Origin: Cyanophyceae cyanobacterium
GTDB taxonomy: Bacteria > Cyanobacteriota > Cyanobacteriia > Cyanobacteriales > JBHJGN01
NCBI GenBank assembly: GCA_050331735.1
Contig: JBHJGN010000028.1
Span: forward strand, 1 to 51,668
Length of the DNA: 51,668 bases
Reading direction: 5' to 3'
A program made the position numbers and the translations under genes. The notes under the pieces were generated by a model. It had not been told where the DNA came from and made no database searches. It saw only the letters and a program-made list of their open reading frames with translations. This document shows positions 1-11,500 of this stretch, piece by piece; positions within the stretch are counted from its first letter, which is position 1, and each line of letters begins with the position of its first letter.

Positions 1-120
1 AGACAGTTTTCTCCCAAGACCGCTAAAAAAGTTGATTTGCTCATCAAAATAGCGATGTATCTCATAAATCCTCAGCATTTGCGTAACTGGTTTACCCACT
101 GCTGTTATTGTCCCTCATAA
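1..120 (+). CDS. IS630-family transposase, C-terminal fragment (window edge; not in ORF track)
   Basis: Frame 1 reads RQFSPKTAKKVDLLIKIAMYLINPQHLRNWFTHCCYCPS*; the ..NWFTHCCYC.. ending is characteristic of cyanobacterial IS630 (ISY100-like) transposases. Confidence 0.8.
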   Translation, partial: RQFSPKTAKKVDLLIKIAMYLINPQHLRNWFTHCCYCPS

Positions 121-137
121 ACCTGCAAAGCGCTGTA
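1..137 (+). mobile_element. Right end of an IS630-family insertion sequence
   Basis: Transposase stop at 118-120 is followed by acctgcaaagcgctg then TA (136-137), consistent with a terminal inverted repeat and TA target. Confidence 0.7.
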
Positions 138-206
138 TCTCCACGAACCAATTGGCGAACACAAGCTATTTGCTTTGCTCGAACCTGATTACCCAATTCA
201 AAAAAG

Positions 207-1859
207 CTAAAATTCTCGCAATTTCCTTTCGACGGTAAAAACATCAAACCAGCTACTGGTCGGTCTGCCATAGATGCGTGGCGTGTAGCCGAGTGCCTGT
301 TTGACTTCCTGGTTGGTCACCGTATGAAGTGAGCGTCCTTCGGCAATGGCAATGGCTGCTGCGATCGCCAATCCTTCCCCGACCGAGATATTAAATTCGA
401 CAATTCTGCCGGCGGTGGTTCCCAATCCACCAAAGCCCGAAGCCGGACCCAACACCGCCAGGTTTTGATACTCAACGGGTAAAGTATGGCGAAAGCCGTA
501 GTTAAAAATTGGCATCAGAAATGTGTCAATGTCATGAATGCCTGCATCCGCCATTTTTTCGTCTAATCCGGCAATGCCGCCGCGAAAATCAAAGTGATAG
601 GCAAAGGTTCCCAACGCCTCCGCTGCCGGCACTCCTCCATCTGCCATTTTGGTGGCGGTTAAATCATCGAGGGATGCGGCAATTTGTCCCACATTCCGAA
701 TATACAGCTCGTCCATAAACTCGATGCGCTGGAAACCCAAACGCTGGAAACAGGTGGCTACCTGGTCAGCAATCTCCCGCATTTGAGCGGTGGGTTGAGA
801 ACCATTATGGCTCAGTTCTCTTGCTTGAGTCGCGCTCACGTCAAACAGCAGCGCATTGATACTAAGCCTGTCGCTTAACACAGCAACATTGGCGCGATCG
901 AGGACCGCCGGCGTTTTTCTGAGATTAAATAGCGTACCAACACACCCGTGATAACCGGCACTGAGGGCGAGCGATCGCACGTCTGCCGAGTCAGGAGTAA
1001 CCTGATACAGCGTTGCTGGCTGGCCATAGCGATTCGTCAAAGAGCGCTCAAAATAAGCTAATTGATCTGGGTCGTTACCAGTCGCGGTCGCCAGCCAATT
1101 CTGAGCTTGGCGATCGTTGTTGTCTAAAAACCGCTCAATTAACTCTGCTTCAATTTGCTTGAGTTGCTCAATACTGCCGTAGGCTTCAAATACCCATCCT
1201 ACGCTGAGGCTACTGTCGGGTAATCCTAGTTGAGCAAATCCCATCGCCATCTCGACTCCACTGATTTCGGCTAGCTTACCGCCCTGGGTCGCATCAATAA
1301 ACTGACTCGCAACGAACGAGCCATGATGAGACGTTGTTAACGAACAAACAAATTGATTAGCGGTAGCGACAGTCTCTAGCTCAACATCATCGATTAGGGC
1401 AATCTGCTCCTTCCAGAATAAATAATTGAAGGCTTGTGCTGCTCTAAAGCGATCGAGAGCAACGGCATCGGTGCCAGTGACATCCAGAAATTCTTGATAG
1501 AGCTGACTAGTAGCGCCAAAAGTCCCTAACTCCTCTCGCAGCCCTGGGGGAGACTGATTGCGGTCGAGATAAGCTAAGCCGCCTCTGACCAAGTGTCCGC
1601 CAATACCCTTGTCTGTATCTCCTTCCGTAATAAGCGCAACTTTTGCAGTTCCGGTTTTTTGCTCTAGCTCTCGCTTGACCTTAACCGCTGTCATCACTCC
1701 TGGTACTTCGTCCCCAAAAACAATGACATCGTATTGGCGCGGGTTGTTTAACTGAACGTTGGCTTGAATACAGCCGGGATGAGCTTCCTGTGCTAAAGCC
1801 TTTCCTAAAAAGACGCTAACCGTGGCAAACGAGCTAAATAAAGAGATTAAACGACGCAC
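207..1859 (-). CDS. FAD-dependent oxidoreductase family protein with predicted signal peptide
   Basis: N-terminal MRR-hydrophobic-ALA|QE signal; YDVIVFGDEVPG dinucleotide-binding start, GIGGHLVRGGL, FIDATQGG; GTG start. Confidence 0.75.
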   Translation of the reverse strand: MRRLISLFSSFATVSVFLGKALAQEAHPGCIQANVQLNNPRQYDVIVFGDEVPGVMTAVKVKRELEQKTGTAKVALITEGDTDKGIGGHLVRGGLAYLDRNQSPPGLREELGTFGATSQLYQEFLDVTGTDAVALDRFRAAQAFNYLFWKEQIALIDDVELETVATANQFVCSLTTSHHGSFVASQFIDATQGGKLAEISGVEMAMGFAQLGLPDSSLSVGWVFEAYGSIEQLKQIEAELIERFLDNNDRQAQNWLATATGNDPDQLAYFERSLTNRYGQPATLYQVTPDSADVRSLALSAGYHGCVGTLFNLRKTPAVLDRANVAVLSDRLSINALLFDVSATQARELSHNGSQPTAQMREIADQVATCFQRLGFQRIEFMDELYIRNVGQIAASLDDLTATKMADGGVPAAEALGTFAYHFDFRGGIAGLDEKMADAGIHDIDTFLMPIFNYGFRHTLPVEYQNLAVLGPASGFGGLGTTAGRIVEFNISVGEGLAIAAAIAIAEGRSLHTVTNQEVKQALGYTPRIYGRPTSSWFDVFTVERKLREF

Positions 1860-2488
1860 GATGTTTAAAGCTACTCCTCACGAAAATTTCAGCAGTATCA
1901 ATGGCTGTCTGCTCAACCGTCAATAAAAATAACCAAGTTAATCCGGGGGATGAGCTCCAGCAGAAAAGCGATTACCATCTGGCTCATCTTTATTCATCAG
2001 ACCAGGATAGATCTGCAAGAATAGATAGTACTCTACCGCAACTCTGAAAATCTTGCCTGATATTGCTCAGACTTGGCTAGTCTCAATAGATAAAAGAAGA
2101 CTGGCGACCCCCTGCTGCAGAAAGGTGCAAGGAATCGCGCGAGGAAAAATTGCTGGTTTAGTTCATCTAGATGACTCTGATTGGCACTGACCACAGATTA
2201 AAGCATCTTAAGCTAACGGTACTTGCTGCTGATTTTACAATCGCACGACATCCTTAAGGGAAGCTTAGTAGAAGGAAACTAGTACTGGAAAAAAGCCCGG
2301 ATGCTATCGACGAGGTATGCTAGTGTCGAGGAAAAAGGTATCTAAATAAGCAATGAAAGCGAGCAATAACCGCCCCCAGGTTCGCTTCAAAAAGCTTACC
2401 GATCTTGGCTAGCTCTAGAACCATTACGCTCTTGATTGGCGAGTAGCTAATAGCTAACAGACCGAAAACACGATGAGGAGAAAATTTT

Positions 2489-3541
2489 ATGCAGTACAAA
2501 CTACTCGGAAAAAGCGGACTGAGAGTATCGGAACTTTGCCTCGGCACAATGACCTTTGGGGAAGACTGGGGATGGGGCTCGTCTCAAGAAGAGAGTCATA
2601 AAATTTACCAGGCTTTCCGCGAAGCGGGCGGTAATTTTATCGATACGGCTAATGTTTATACGAATGGCACAAGCGAAAAATTTGTCGGGGAATTCATCGC
2701 CTCAGAAAGAGATGCCATTGTTTTGGCCACTAAGTACACCAATGGCTTTGGCGACGGGAATCCGAACGGAGCGGGAAATCAGCGTAAAAATATGGTGCAG
2801 TCGGTCGAAGCGAGCCTCAAACGCCTTAACACCGACTATATCGACTTGCTCTGGCTGCACACCTGGGACTTTATGACCCCAGCCGAAGAAGTAATGCGCG
2901 CCTTCGACGATTTGGTAAGAGCTGGAAAAGTTCTCTACATCGGCATCTCTGATACTCCCGCCTGGGTCGTCTCTCAATGCAATACCTTAGCAGAACTCCG
3001 GGGCTGGACCCAGTTTATTGGTTTGCAGATTGAGTATAGCCTCGTCCAACGTGACCCGGAACGAGAACTCATCCCCATGGCTCATACTCTCGATATTGGC
3101 GTAACCGCCTGGTCGCCGCTAGCCAGTGGCTGGTTGACGGGCAAGTATACCAACGGAAACAGCAATGAAGACGACAGACGCTTAGACAACGAGATGATGT
3201 CTGGATTTGTGGACCAAAATGAGCGCAATCTGAATATTGCTCAAGAGGTCGATAAAGTGGCCGAGCAACTCGGTAAAAGTTCGTCCCAGGTTGCTTTGGC
3301 TTGGTTATTAGCTCAAGGCGTCATTCCCATTGTGGGAGCTAGAAAGGTTCACCACGTAGAGGATAATCTTCAGTGCGTTGATATAGAACTATCAGCCGAA
3401 CAGATGCAACAGCTTGATGAAGTCAGTCAAGTTAAACTGGGCTTCCCTCACGATTTCTTCACCGCCGATATGGTCAGAAACTTTGTCTATAACGGCACGT
3501 TCGACAAAATTGAAAATCATCGTTACTCACAGCTAGCATAG
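2489..3541 (+). CDS. Aldo/keto reductase
   Basis: LGKSGLRVSELCLGTMTFG, IDTANVY, LATKY, YIDLLWLH, AWSPL motifs; GAGGAG RBS upstream. Confidence 0.95.
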   Translation: MQYKLLGKSGLRVSELCLGTMTFGEDWGWGSSQEESHKIYQAFREAGGNFIDTANVYTNGTSEKFVGEFIASERDAIVLATKYTNGFGDGNPNGAGNQRKNMVQSVEASLKRLNTDYIDLLWLHTWDFMTPAEEVMRAFDDLVRAGKVLYIGISDTPAWVVSQCNTLAELRGWTQFIGLQIEYSLVQRDPERELIPMAHTLDIGVTAWSPLASGWLTGKYTNGNSNEDDRRLDNEMMSGFVDQNERNLNIAQEVDKVAEQLGKSSSQVALAWLLAQGVIPIVGARKVHHVEDNLQCVDIELSAEQMQQLDEVSQVKLGFPHDFFTADMVRNFVYNGTFDKIENHRYSQLA

Positions 3542-3549
3542 GTGACGCT

Positions 3550-3579
3550 AAGCTCCTCTGCCAGTGGCAGAGGAGCTTT
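3550..3579 (+). terminator. Probable intrinsic terminator hairpin
   Basis: 13-bp perfect stem aagctcctctgcc-agt-ggcagaggagctt just after the AKR stop. Confidence 0.7.
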
Positions 3580-3827
3580 ATGGTGTGCCAGAGATTTTCA
3601 GAAAACCAGAGAATTAGGATCGTTACCCTGAATTTTGCCCGAAAAACCTTGTTCAAGAGCAATCAGTCCTGGCGTTACTTCTGGGCAGGACGGATTTGCC
3701 CTTGTCTATTTTCCAGCGCAAGAGAAACTTAGGCCAAAACTGTTAGGCTAAATGGGGAGTATGTCGCGTCTCCTGAGCGTTGCTGAGACACAGTGATTGT
3801 GTTTGGGATGCTCGTAAAAATTGTTGA

Positions 3828-5114
3828 GTGTTGGAGAATCATTTGATCAGCGATCGCAGTGCTGAACGCCCTTTTTTACTTCAGTCAGCCAGCGCCCAAG
3901 TATGGATTCAGGCAGTGGGGCGGTTGCTTTACCAGGGCGGGTATGGTGCTATTCATTTTTTTATTCCCCTTGTTTTTGTCAATCAGGTTCATCTCTCAGC
4001 AACAGCCGTTGGATTTGCCCTAGGGTGCGGTTCGCTAGCGGGAATTATCGGTCATCTCCTCGGAGGCTACCTGGCTGACTCTCCGGCCTATGGACGCAAA
4101 CGAGCACTGCTACTTGCCGCAATTTTGTCTCTGATAGCGGCAGTAATTTTGGTCGAAACCCAAACGCTCGTGCTGCTGATTTTCGTCAATTTGGTGATGG
4201 GCGTGAGTGCTGGCTGTTACTGGACGGCTGCCGATGCCACCGTAGTAGATGTAACCCCCTCTGAGGCCCGACAGAAAGCCTTTGCCATTTTGGTCTTGGC
4301 AGATAGTTTGGGACTGGCACTCGGTATCGGCGGTGGCGGCTGGCTGCTAGAGACTCATCCTCAAACGCTCTTCTTGGCGGGTGTTGGGGTGCTGCTGCTG
4401 TTTCTTGGCTTGGTGCTGGTGGGAATGGAAGAAACCCATGTTGCCTCCCATGAGCATGAGCAGGAGACGCTGCGAGGATTTGGGGTAGCGATTAAAGACC
4501 GTGCCATGCAGCTTTTTTTCCTCGTCAATGTCATCTTTGCCACCTATGCTGCTGTTATCACCGATATCTTGCCTCTGTACTTTGCCAATCGAGTCGCGGC
4601 AGAGCTATCTATGGCCAGTGTGTCGAACCTATTTACCTGGTGGTACGTTGGCCTAGGGGCACTGATTCAGTTTCCGTTTGTTCAGCTTGTCAGTTCGCTG
4701 CGGCAGGTTTCGGTATTAATGATATCGATGGTGCTATGGGCCGTCGGCTTTTTACTCGTCTGGCTCACTCAAACTCCGGTGTGGATGGCAATCTCCCTCG
4801 TCGTCTTATCTATTGCCGGAGCCGCCTATAAACCCTTTGCTCCTGCGGTTGTTTCTGAACTAGCACCTCCGTCGCTGAGGGGAATTTATCTGGCGATTAG
4901 CTATCAGTGTTGGTCCATTGGCTATTTTATTGGACCCCTCATCGGTGGATGGGCGCTCGATCGCTCAGATACTTTTATCCACAACGCCTGGCTAGTTGCC
5001 GCTGCTTCAACAATAGTTGGTTTACTGTTACTTGGTGTCCTGAGTCGGCAAAAGCTCACAAATATTCCTCCGGAACGGGCACAGGAAAGCGCCGTCGGCG
5101 CGGGGAAAGGGTAA
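3828..5114 (+). CDS. MFS transporter
   Basis: About 12 hydrophobic segments; motif A GGYLADSPAYGRK; second-half ELAPPSLRG; last codons derive from repeat DNA. Confidence 0.9.
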   Translation: MLENHLISDRSAERPFLLQSASAQVWIQAVGRLLYQGGYGAIHFFIPLVFVNQVHLSATAVGFALGCGSLAGIIGHLLGGYLADSPAYGRKRALLLAAILSLIAAVILVETQTLVLLIFVNLVMGVSAGCYWTAADATVVDVTPSEARQKAFAILVLADSLGLALGIGGGGWLLETHPQTLFLAGVGVLLLFLGLVLVGMEETHVASHEHEQETLRGFGVAIKDRAMQLFFLVNVIFATYAAVITDILPLYFANRVAAELSMASVSNLFTWWYVGLGALIQFPFVQLVSSLRQVSVLMISMVLWAVGFLLVWLTQTPVWMAISLVVLSIAGAAYKPFAPAVVSELAPPSLRGIYLAISYQCWSIGYFIGPLIGGWALDRSDTFIHNAWLVAAASTIVGLLLLGVLSRQKLTNIPPERAQESAVGAGKG

Positions 5115-5385
5115 AGGGCCAGGGGGAAAGGAACGCCAAACTTTTCTGCCGTTCCACGGCAGCAAGCAGTTAGCAAAGTAGTGATCGAGCTGGCTCCTTC
5201 ATCCTGAGTTCTCTACCCGTCGCGCAGCGACTGATTTCCCTTGCCCCCTTCCCCGTTCCGGAGGAACGTGTTTCCCTTGCCCCATCGCGCAGCGATATTG
5301 CCTTCCCCCTTCCCCGTTCCGGAGGAACTTATTTCCCTTGCCCCATCGCGCAGCGATATTGCCTTTCCCCGTTCCGGAGGGGACT
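5064..5385. repeat. Inverted heptamer (TTCCCCT-like) array with GNA-loop mini-hairpins, including three ~61-65 bp tandem units
   Basis: Units start cgcgcagcga at 5221, 5286 and 5347, each containing ccccgttccggagg; reverse-complement copy at 5065-5131. Confidence 0.85.
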
Positions 5386-5421
5386 TCGCTAAGATTGTTA
5401 AGGTCTATCGATGAAGCCTTC

Positions 5422-8373
5422 ATGCCTGATTCTGACAACCGCAATCAAAACGCTATTCGCATCCGTGGCGCTCGGCAACATAATCTGAAAAACGTCGATC
5501 TCGACCTGCCCCGCGATCGCCTGATCGTCTTTACGGGAGTGTCTGGTTCGGGAAAATCTTCTCTGGCCTTTGATACTATCTTCGCTGAAGGTCAGCGGCG
5601 CTACGTTGAATCGTTGAGTGCCTATGCCCGTCAGTTCCTCGGACAGCTTGATAAACCCGATGTCGATGCCATTGAAGGCTTAAGCCCTGCTATTTCCATT
5701 GACCAGAAATCCACGTCCCATACTCCCCGCTCGACGGTGGGCACCGTTACGGAAATCTACGACTACCTGCGACTCCTGTTTGGTCGAGCGGGAGAGCCTC
5801 ACTGTCCGCTCTGCGATCGCTCAATTGCTCCCCAAACCATCGATGAAATGAGCGACCGCATTATGGAGCTTCCTGACCGCACCCGCTTTCAGCTCCTTGC
5901 TCCGGCGGTACGCGGCAAAAAGGGAACTCATAAGCAGCTACTGTCGAGTTTAGCCTCTCAAGGATTTGTGCGCATCCGGGTCGATGGCGAGGTGCGAGAA
6001 CTCTCTGATGCGATTGAGCTAGACAAAAATTATACCCACAGCATCGAGGTGGTCGTTGATAGACTGATTAAGAAGCCCGGTATTGAGGAGCGTTTGGCCG
6101 ACTCCTTGGGAACCTGCCTCCGTATTTCCAACGGGATTGCCATTGTTGACGTGCTCAATGATACATCGACCGAGGCAGCCGGGGTCCGGTCTGATAGTAA
6201 GTATAACTCAACTGGGGAAAAAGATAGCGCTCTTTCCTATCAAGAAAAACCGCCAGAAATTGTCTTTTCAGAGAACTTTGCCTGCCCCGAACATGGGGCC
6301 GTGATGCAAGAATTGTCGCCGCGCTCTTTTTCGTTTAACTCACCTTATGGAGCCTGTCCCCACTGTCATGGCATCGGCAGTTTACGGCGGTTTTCACCGG
6401 AGCTGGTGATTCCCGATCCGTCGCAGCCTGTGTATGCGGCGATCGCGCCTTGGTCGGATAAAGATAGCTCCTACTACCTGTCTCTGCTCTACGGCGTTGG
6501 GCAAGCCTACGGGTTTGAAATTCAGTCTCAGTGGAGTCACCTGACCTCTGAGCAGCAGCAAGTTCTGCTCCACGGCAGCGACCAAGAGATTTATTTCGAG
6601 GCCGATTCCCGCTACAGCAATAAAAAAGGCTACTACAGACCCTACGCCGGGATTCTCCCGATGCTGGAGCGGCAGTATCGAGAATCCGGTTCGGATGTAT
6701 ATAAGCAAAAGCTGGAAAAGTATCTTGTTAATCAGCCCTGTGAAGACTGCGGTGGTAAACGGCTTAAGCCTGAAGCCCTGGCGGTGCGCCTCGGGCAGGC
6801 CAACATTATTGAATTAACCACGGTTCCAATTCGTCAGTGCCTGAATCGAATTAATCAACTACAGCTCAGTCCCCGACAGGCTCTCATTGGCGATTTAGCC
6901 CTGCGAGAAATTCGAGCGCGTCTTCAGTTTCTAATTGATGTCGGCTTAGACTACCTCACCCTTGACCGAGCGGCAATGACGCTTTCTGGCGGGGAAGCCC
7001 AACGCATTCGACTCGCAACTCAAATTGGAGCCGGATTGACCGGAGTCCTCTACGTCCTCGATGAGCCAAGTATTGGACTGCACCAGCGCGATAATAGCAA
7101 ACTGTTGCAGACGTTAAAAAGACTGCGCGATATCGGCAATACTCTAATCGTCGTTGAGCACGACGAAGACACCATTCGCAGTGCCGATCAAATTGTTGAT
7201 ATTGGTCCGAGGGCTGGCATTCATGGCGGTGAAATTGTGGCTCAAGGAGATTTAGCCGACTTACTCGGAGCAGAAGCATCGTTAACAGGAGCTTATTTAT
7301 CGGGCCGCAGAGCGATCGCGACACCGGGAGAACGCCGACCCGGCAATGGTGCGTCTTTAGTCCTCAAAGATTGCCGCGAAAACAATCTTAAACACATCGA
7401 TGTAGAAATTCCTCTCGGAAAATTGGTCTGCGTCACTGGCGTTTCGGGTTCAGGAAAATCAACGCTGGTGAACGAACTACTTTACCTCGCCCTTCAGCAT
7501 CATCTGACACGCAAGGTGCCTTTTCCCCAGTCTATGGGCCAGATAGCAGGACTTTCTGCCGTTGATAAAGTGATTGTTATCGACCAGTCTCCGATTGGCA
7601 GAACGCCTCGCTCTAATCCTGCTACCTATACCGGAGTATTTGATGCTGTTCGGGCAGTGTTTGCCGAAACCATTGAAGCCAAAGCGCGGGGGTACAAACC
7701 AGGCAGATTTTCCTTTAACGTCAAAGGAGGACGCTGCGAAGCCTGTAGCGGACAGGGAGTCAACGTCATTGAAATGAATTTTCTGCCGGATGTTTACGTG
7801 CAGTGCGAGGTGTGTAAAGGGGCGAGGTACAACCGGGAAACGCTCCAGGTGAAATACAAAGGCAAGTCCATTGCGGATGCTTTAGCGATGACGGTTGAGG
7901 AAGCGGCAGAGTTTTTTAAAAATATTCCTAAAGCCGCTAGTCGCCTGCAAACTTTGGTTGATGTTGGCTTAGGCTACGTCAAGTTAGGACAGCCGGCACC
8001 GACGTTATCTGGTGGGGAAGCACAGCGGGTGAAGCTAGCAACGGAACTGTCCCGTCGCGCTACTGGCAAAACGCTTTATTTAATCGACGAACCGACGACA
8101 GGATTATCGTTTTACGACGTCCATCACCTGTTAAATGTATTGCAGCGACTGGTAGATAAGGGCAATTCGATTCTAGTGATCGAACACAATTTAGACGTGA
8201 TTCGCTGTGCCGACTGGCTAATTGATTTAGGCCCGGAAGGCGGGGATAGAGGCGGCGAAATTATTGCGGTGGGCACGCCAGAAGAAGTGGCAAACAATGA
8301 GCAGTCTTATACAGGACAGTATTTAAAGCAGGTGTTAAAACAGCATCCACCAGCACTAGCAAACGGAGAATAA
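5422..8373 (+). CDS. uvrA: Excinuclease ABC subunit A
   Basis: Two Walker A GVSGSGKS, two LSGGEAQR signatures, Zn-finger CxxC pairs; ATG 5422 preferred because the 5338 extension is repeat-derived. Confidence 0.98.
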   Translation: MPDSDNRNQNAIRIRGARQHNLKNVDLDLPRDRLIVFTGVSGSGKSSLAFDTIFAEGQRRYVESLSAYARQFLGQLDKPDVDAIEGLSPAISIDQKSTSHTPRSTVGTVTEIYDYLRLLFGRAGEPHCPLCDRSIAPQTIDEMSDRIMELPDRTRFQLLAPAVRGKKGTHKQLLSSLASQGFVRIRVDGEVRELSDAIELDKNYTHSIEVVVDRLIKKPGIEERLADSLGTCLRISNGIAIVDVLNDTSTEAAGVRSDSKYNSTGEKDSALSYQEKPPEIVFSENFACPEHGAVMQELSPRSFSFNSPYGACPHCHGIGSLRRFSPELVIPDPSQPVYAAIAPWSDKDSSYYLSLLYGVGQAYGFEIQSQWSHLTSEQQQVLLHGSDQEIYFEADSRYSNKKGYYRPYAGILPMLERQYRESGSDVYKQKLEKYLVNQPCEDCGGKRLKPEALAVRLGQANIIELTTVPIRQCLNRINQLQLSPRQALIGDLALREIRARLQFLIDVGLDYLTLDRAAMTLSGGEAQRIRLATQIGAGLTGVLYVLDEPSIGLHQRDNSKLLQTLKRLRDIGNTLIVVEHDEDTIRSADQIVDIGPRAGIHGGEIVAQGDLADLLGAEASLTGAYLSGRRAIATPGERRPGNGASLVLKDCRENNLKHIDVEIPLGKLVCVTGVSGSGKSTLVNELLYLALQHHLTRKVPFPQSMGQIAGLSAVDKVIVIDQSPIGRTPRSNPATYTGVFDAVRAVFAETIEAKARGYKPGRFSFNVKGGRCEACSGQGVNVIEMNFLPDVYVQCEVCKGARYNRETLQVKYKGKSIADALAMTVEEAAEFFKNIPKAASRLQTLVDVGLGYVKLGQPAPTLSGGEAQRVKLATELSRRATGKTLYLIDEPTTGLSFYDVHHLLNVLQRLVDKGNSILVIEHNLDVIRCADWLIDLGPEGGDRGGEIIAVGTPEEVANNEQSYTGQYLKQVLKQHPPALANGE

Positions 8374-8592
8374 CAGTTCCCTGATGAATAAATCTCAATC
8401 TAAGGTGTGGAAGTGGCGTATTTTGGTGAATGAGATTTTTAGCTTGCAGTTTAATTCTTCTCCGATGTTAGCGATAATTTTTGACGATTCTTCGATTGGT
8501 CTTTGGCGTTATGTACTGAGCGCGCCAGCAGAGCGATCGCCCCATCTTTCGCAATCTGTTGCGGTTGTTTTGCTACAGCCTTTATTCTGATT

Positions 8593-11500
8593 CTAAACCT
8601 CCTGATAAGTACGTTTCTCATCTGCTAATTCTGACCTCTTCTCTGACTGGTTCTGATTTCCGCGCTTGATTATTGAATACACCGCAGGAACAAAATAGAG
8701 AGCCAGGATGGAAGAACCGCTAATGCCGCCCGCGATCGCAATAGCTAGAGGTCGCCAAAAAGGTCCGCCGCTAGCTAACAGGGGAATAAACCCAGCAATG
8801 GTCGTAACGGTAGTGGTCAGGACGTGACGAGTCGCTTTGACAACCACAGTTTCGATTGCTTGTCGGTTTCCAACTCTTGCTTGAGGATGTTCGTTGAGGG
8901 CTGAAAGGACGATTACCGTATCGTTAATGGCAATACCTACTAAACCCATCGTGCCAACAATCGCCATAAAGCCCAAAGGTGCGCCAGCGACTTTCAGGGA
9001 AAACAGGGCCGTGCCGATACAGCCAACGGCAACCGCACCGACAATCCCCGCCTGACGGAAAGAGCCAAGAGAGAGAACCAAAGCCGCGATCATGACGACT
9101 AGCAGTAAGGGGACATACTGCGCCAGATCGCTTCTCGCTCTGGTGCTTTCTGCCTGTTCCCCACCCCATTCATACCGGTAGCCAGGGGGGAGCTGAAAAT
9201 TCTCTGCTGCTAGCCGTTCTTGAAAGTTATTCAGGACGACAGAAGGTAAAACCCCTGCGGTAATATATCCCTGAACGGTATTGACTCGCTGTTCGTTGTA
9301 GCGGGCGATGTTAGCTAGTTCCGGTACAAGCTCGAACTCTCCTAAAGCGGAGGTAGAACGAAAATCGCTGGTTTCAGGACCATTAACGCTTAAATTCAAA
9401 GACGCAATTTGACTCAAATCGGCGCGTGCGGTATTGCTGATCCTCACTCTTACCGGCAGATTCTCCGTCGCTTCAAGGATCGAACCTCCAATGGCACCTT
9501 CTAGGTAAGCGGCCAACTGTCGAGCGATCGCGGTATTGGTCAAACCCGCCTGCTGTGCTTGCTCCTCGTCTACGGATAGCCCTAATTTGGGCAGTGCTTC
9601 GGTTAAGTCGTCGCGGACGTGAATCACGTCGGGGACAGTCGCTAAAATAGCTCTGGCTTCCATCCCCAAGCCTCTTAACTCTTCAAGATTCGGTCCAAAA
9701 ATCCGCATTTCGATCGGTGCATCATAGGGAGGCCCTTGCTGTAGCTGTCTAACGAGAATTCGAGCGGAGGGAAATTGAGCGTCTAGGTCATTCTGTAGCT
9801 CTTGGACAAGAGTGGAAAGCTCCGTGTCGGTGTTTAACTGCACCATCGCCTGAGCGTAATGGGACTGGTTTTCTCTACTGCCGGTAAAGTTATAGTAGAA
9901 TTTGGGCGCACTTTCTCCCATAAACCAGTGAACCTCGCGGATTTTGGGATTTGCTAAAATTGTCTCTCTGGCTTGCAGCATCTTGCTTTGAGTTTCGGAG
10001 ATCGCGGTAGAGGAAGCAAACTCCACTTCAATTTGAAACTGATCGCGAGATACTAGCGGGAAGAACTGATCTTCTAAAGTCGTAGCGCCGATAAAGCCGA
10101 TTAAAGGAATGCAGAAAGTCAGGGCGATCGCCAGTAAGGGTTTTGAGGCAGCAAATTTCAACGATCGACGATAGGGACGAGCCAGCCGAGGTGACGTCAA
10201 GCCCTCATGCCACCAAGCCCCAGGCTTTATTAAAAAGCGTTGAATTTGTCGCGGGATGTCTTGGGAGCGAGTGTCTTGACGTTCCAATTGTTCGGCTTGA
10301 TTGCGACTTCTAGCTAACATTCGCGCTGCTAAGGAAGCAATAATTGACAAAGATAGTGCTAAAGAGGAAATCAACGCCATAATAACGCTGAGGGCGATCG
10401 AGCCGACAAATTCCCCCGGAGCACCAGGAAGGAGGAAAATCGGTAAGAAAGTTAGAACGGTTGTCAGAGTGGAAGCAAACAGGGGAACTTTAAGATAGTT
10501 TACGGTTTTTGTTAGAGCTTTGAGCGGTTTTTCCCCGTGTTCCATTTCCATCTGAATTTCATCGACAACGATGATCGCATTATCAATGAGTAACCCCAAA
10601 GCAATAATTAAGCCCGTTACCGACATTTGCTGAATGGGAATATTTAAAATCGTCATCCAGCCAAAAACCATAAACGTCGTTAGCGGTAAAGCAATTCCCA
10701 CGACTAAAGCCGAACGCCACCCCATCGATACCAAGCTGACAGCAACGACTAGTAGCGCACCGACGACTAGGTTAGAGAGCAATGAGCCAATGCGCTCGTC
10801 TACATATTCACTCTGGTCGAAAATTAACTCTAAACTCACTCCTTGAGGTAAACTTTTCTCAAAATCGGCAATTTCTGCCTTGACTTCCTTTGCCCATTGG
10901 TCAATTCTTAAGCCCGATTTCATCAGCACTCCCACCACCATCGCCGGTTTACCGCTAACGAGGGCTAGATCTGTAGGAGGTAGCTGGATACCGCGACTGA
11001 CTGAAGCCAGATCGCTCAAGCGGGTAAACTGTCCCGAACTCGTTTGAATTGGTATTTGCCGAATGCGTTCAATGGTTTTCAGTTCGCTATCTACCTCAAT
11101 GGCAATATTCTTGCGATCGCTGCGGTACTGACCCGCTGAAACTTTAGCATCGCTGAGATTTACCTGTTCGGCCAATTCCTGGGGCGAAAGTCCGACCGCC
11201 ACTAATTCCGCAGCCTCGATTTCTACGGTAATCTCTTCATTAGGATCGCCGAAGATTTCTACTTCCTCTGTTCCTTCTACTCCCCGCATGGCCACTTCTA
11301 GCTGTTCTGCATACCGTCGCAATACGGGATAGTTCGGCTCACTAGGTTGCTCCCAAGTTAAAGAGGCGATCGCGGTATAGGCTTTGATCTTTGCTTCATC
11401 CAGTTCGGGGACTCCTGCACCAGGGGGCAATAAAGCCGCAGCATCGTCCATTCGGTCGCGGACTTTTGACCAGATAGGTTGAGCATTCTCCACCACATCG

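Noticed and set aside
5221..5385. Possible CRISPR array
   Set aside because: Units are near-identical along their whole length with no unique spacers; no cas genes in the window
5338..5421. N-terminal extension of UvrA and ORFs 5199-5444 and 4907-5176
   Set aside because: Translations of repeat DNA or shadows of the MFS gene
5380..5421. LexA box upstream of uvrA
   Set aside because: No AGTAC-N4-GTACT-like site visible
6160..6260. Low-complexity insert in UvrA as an intein or mobile element
   Set aside because: Short, no intein termini; variable loops at this position are common in cyanobacterial UvrA
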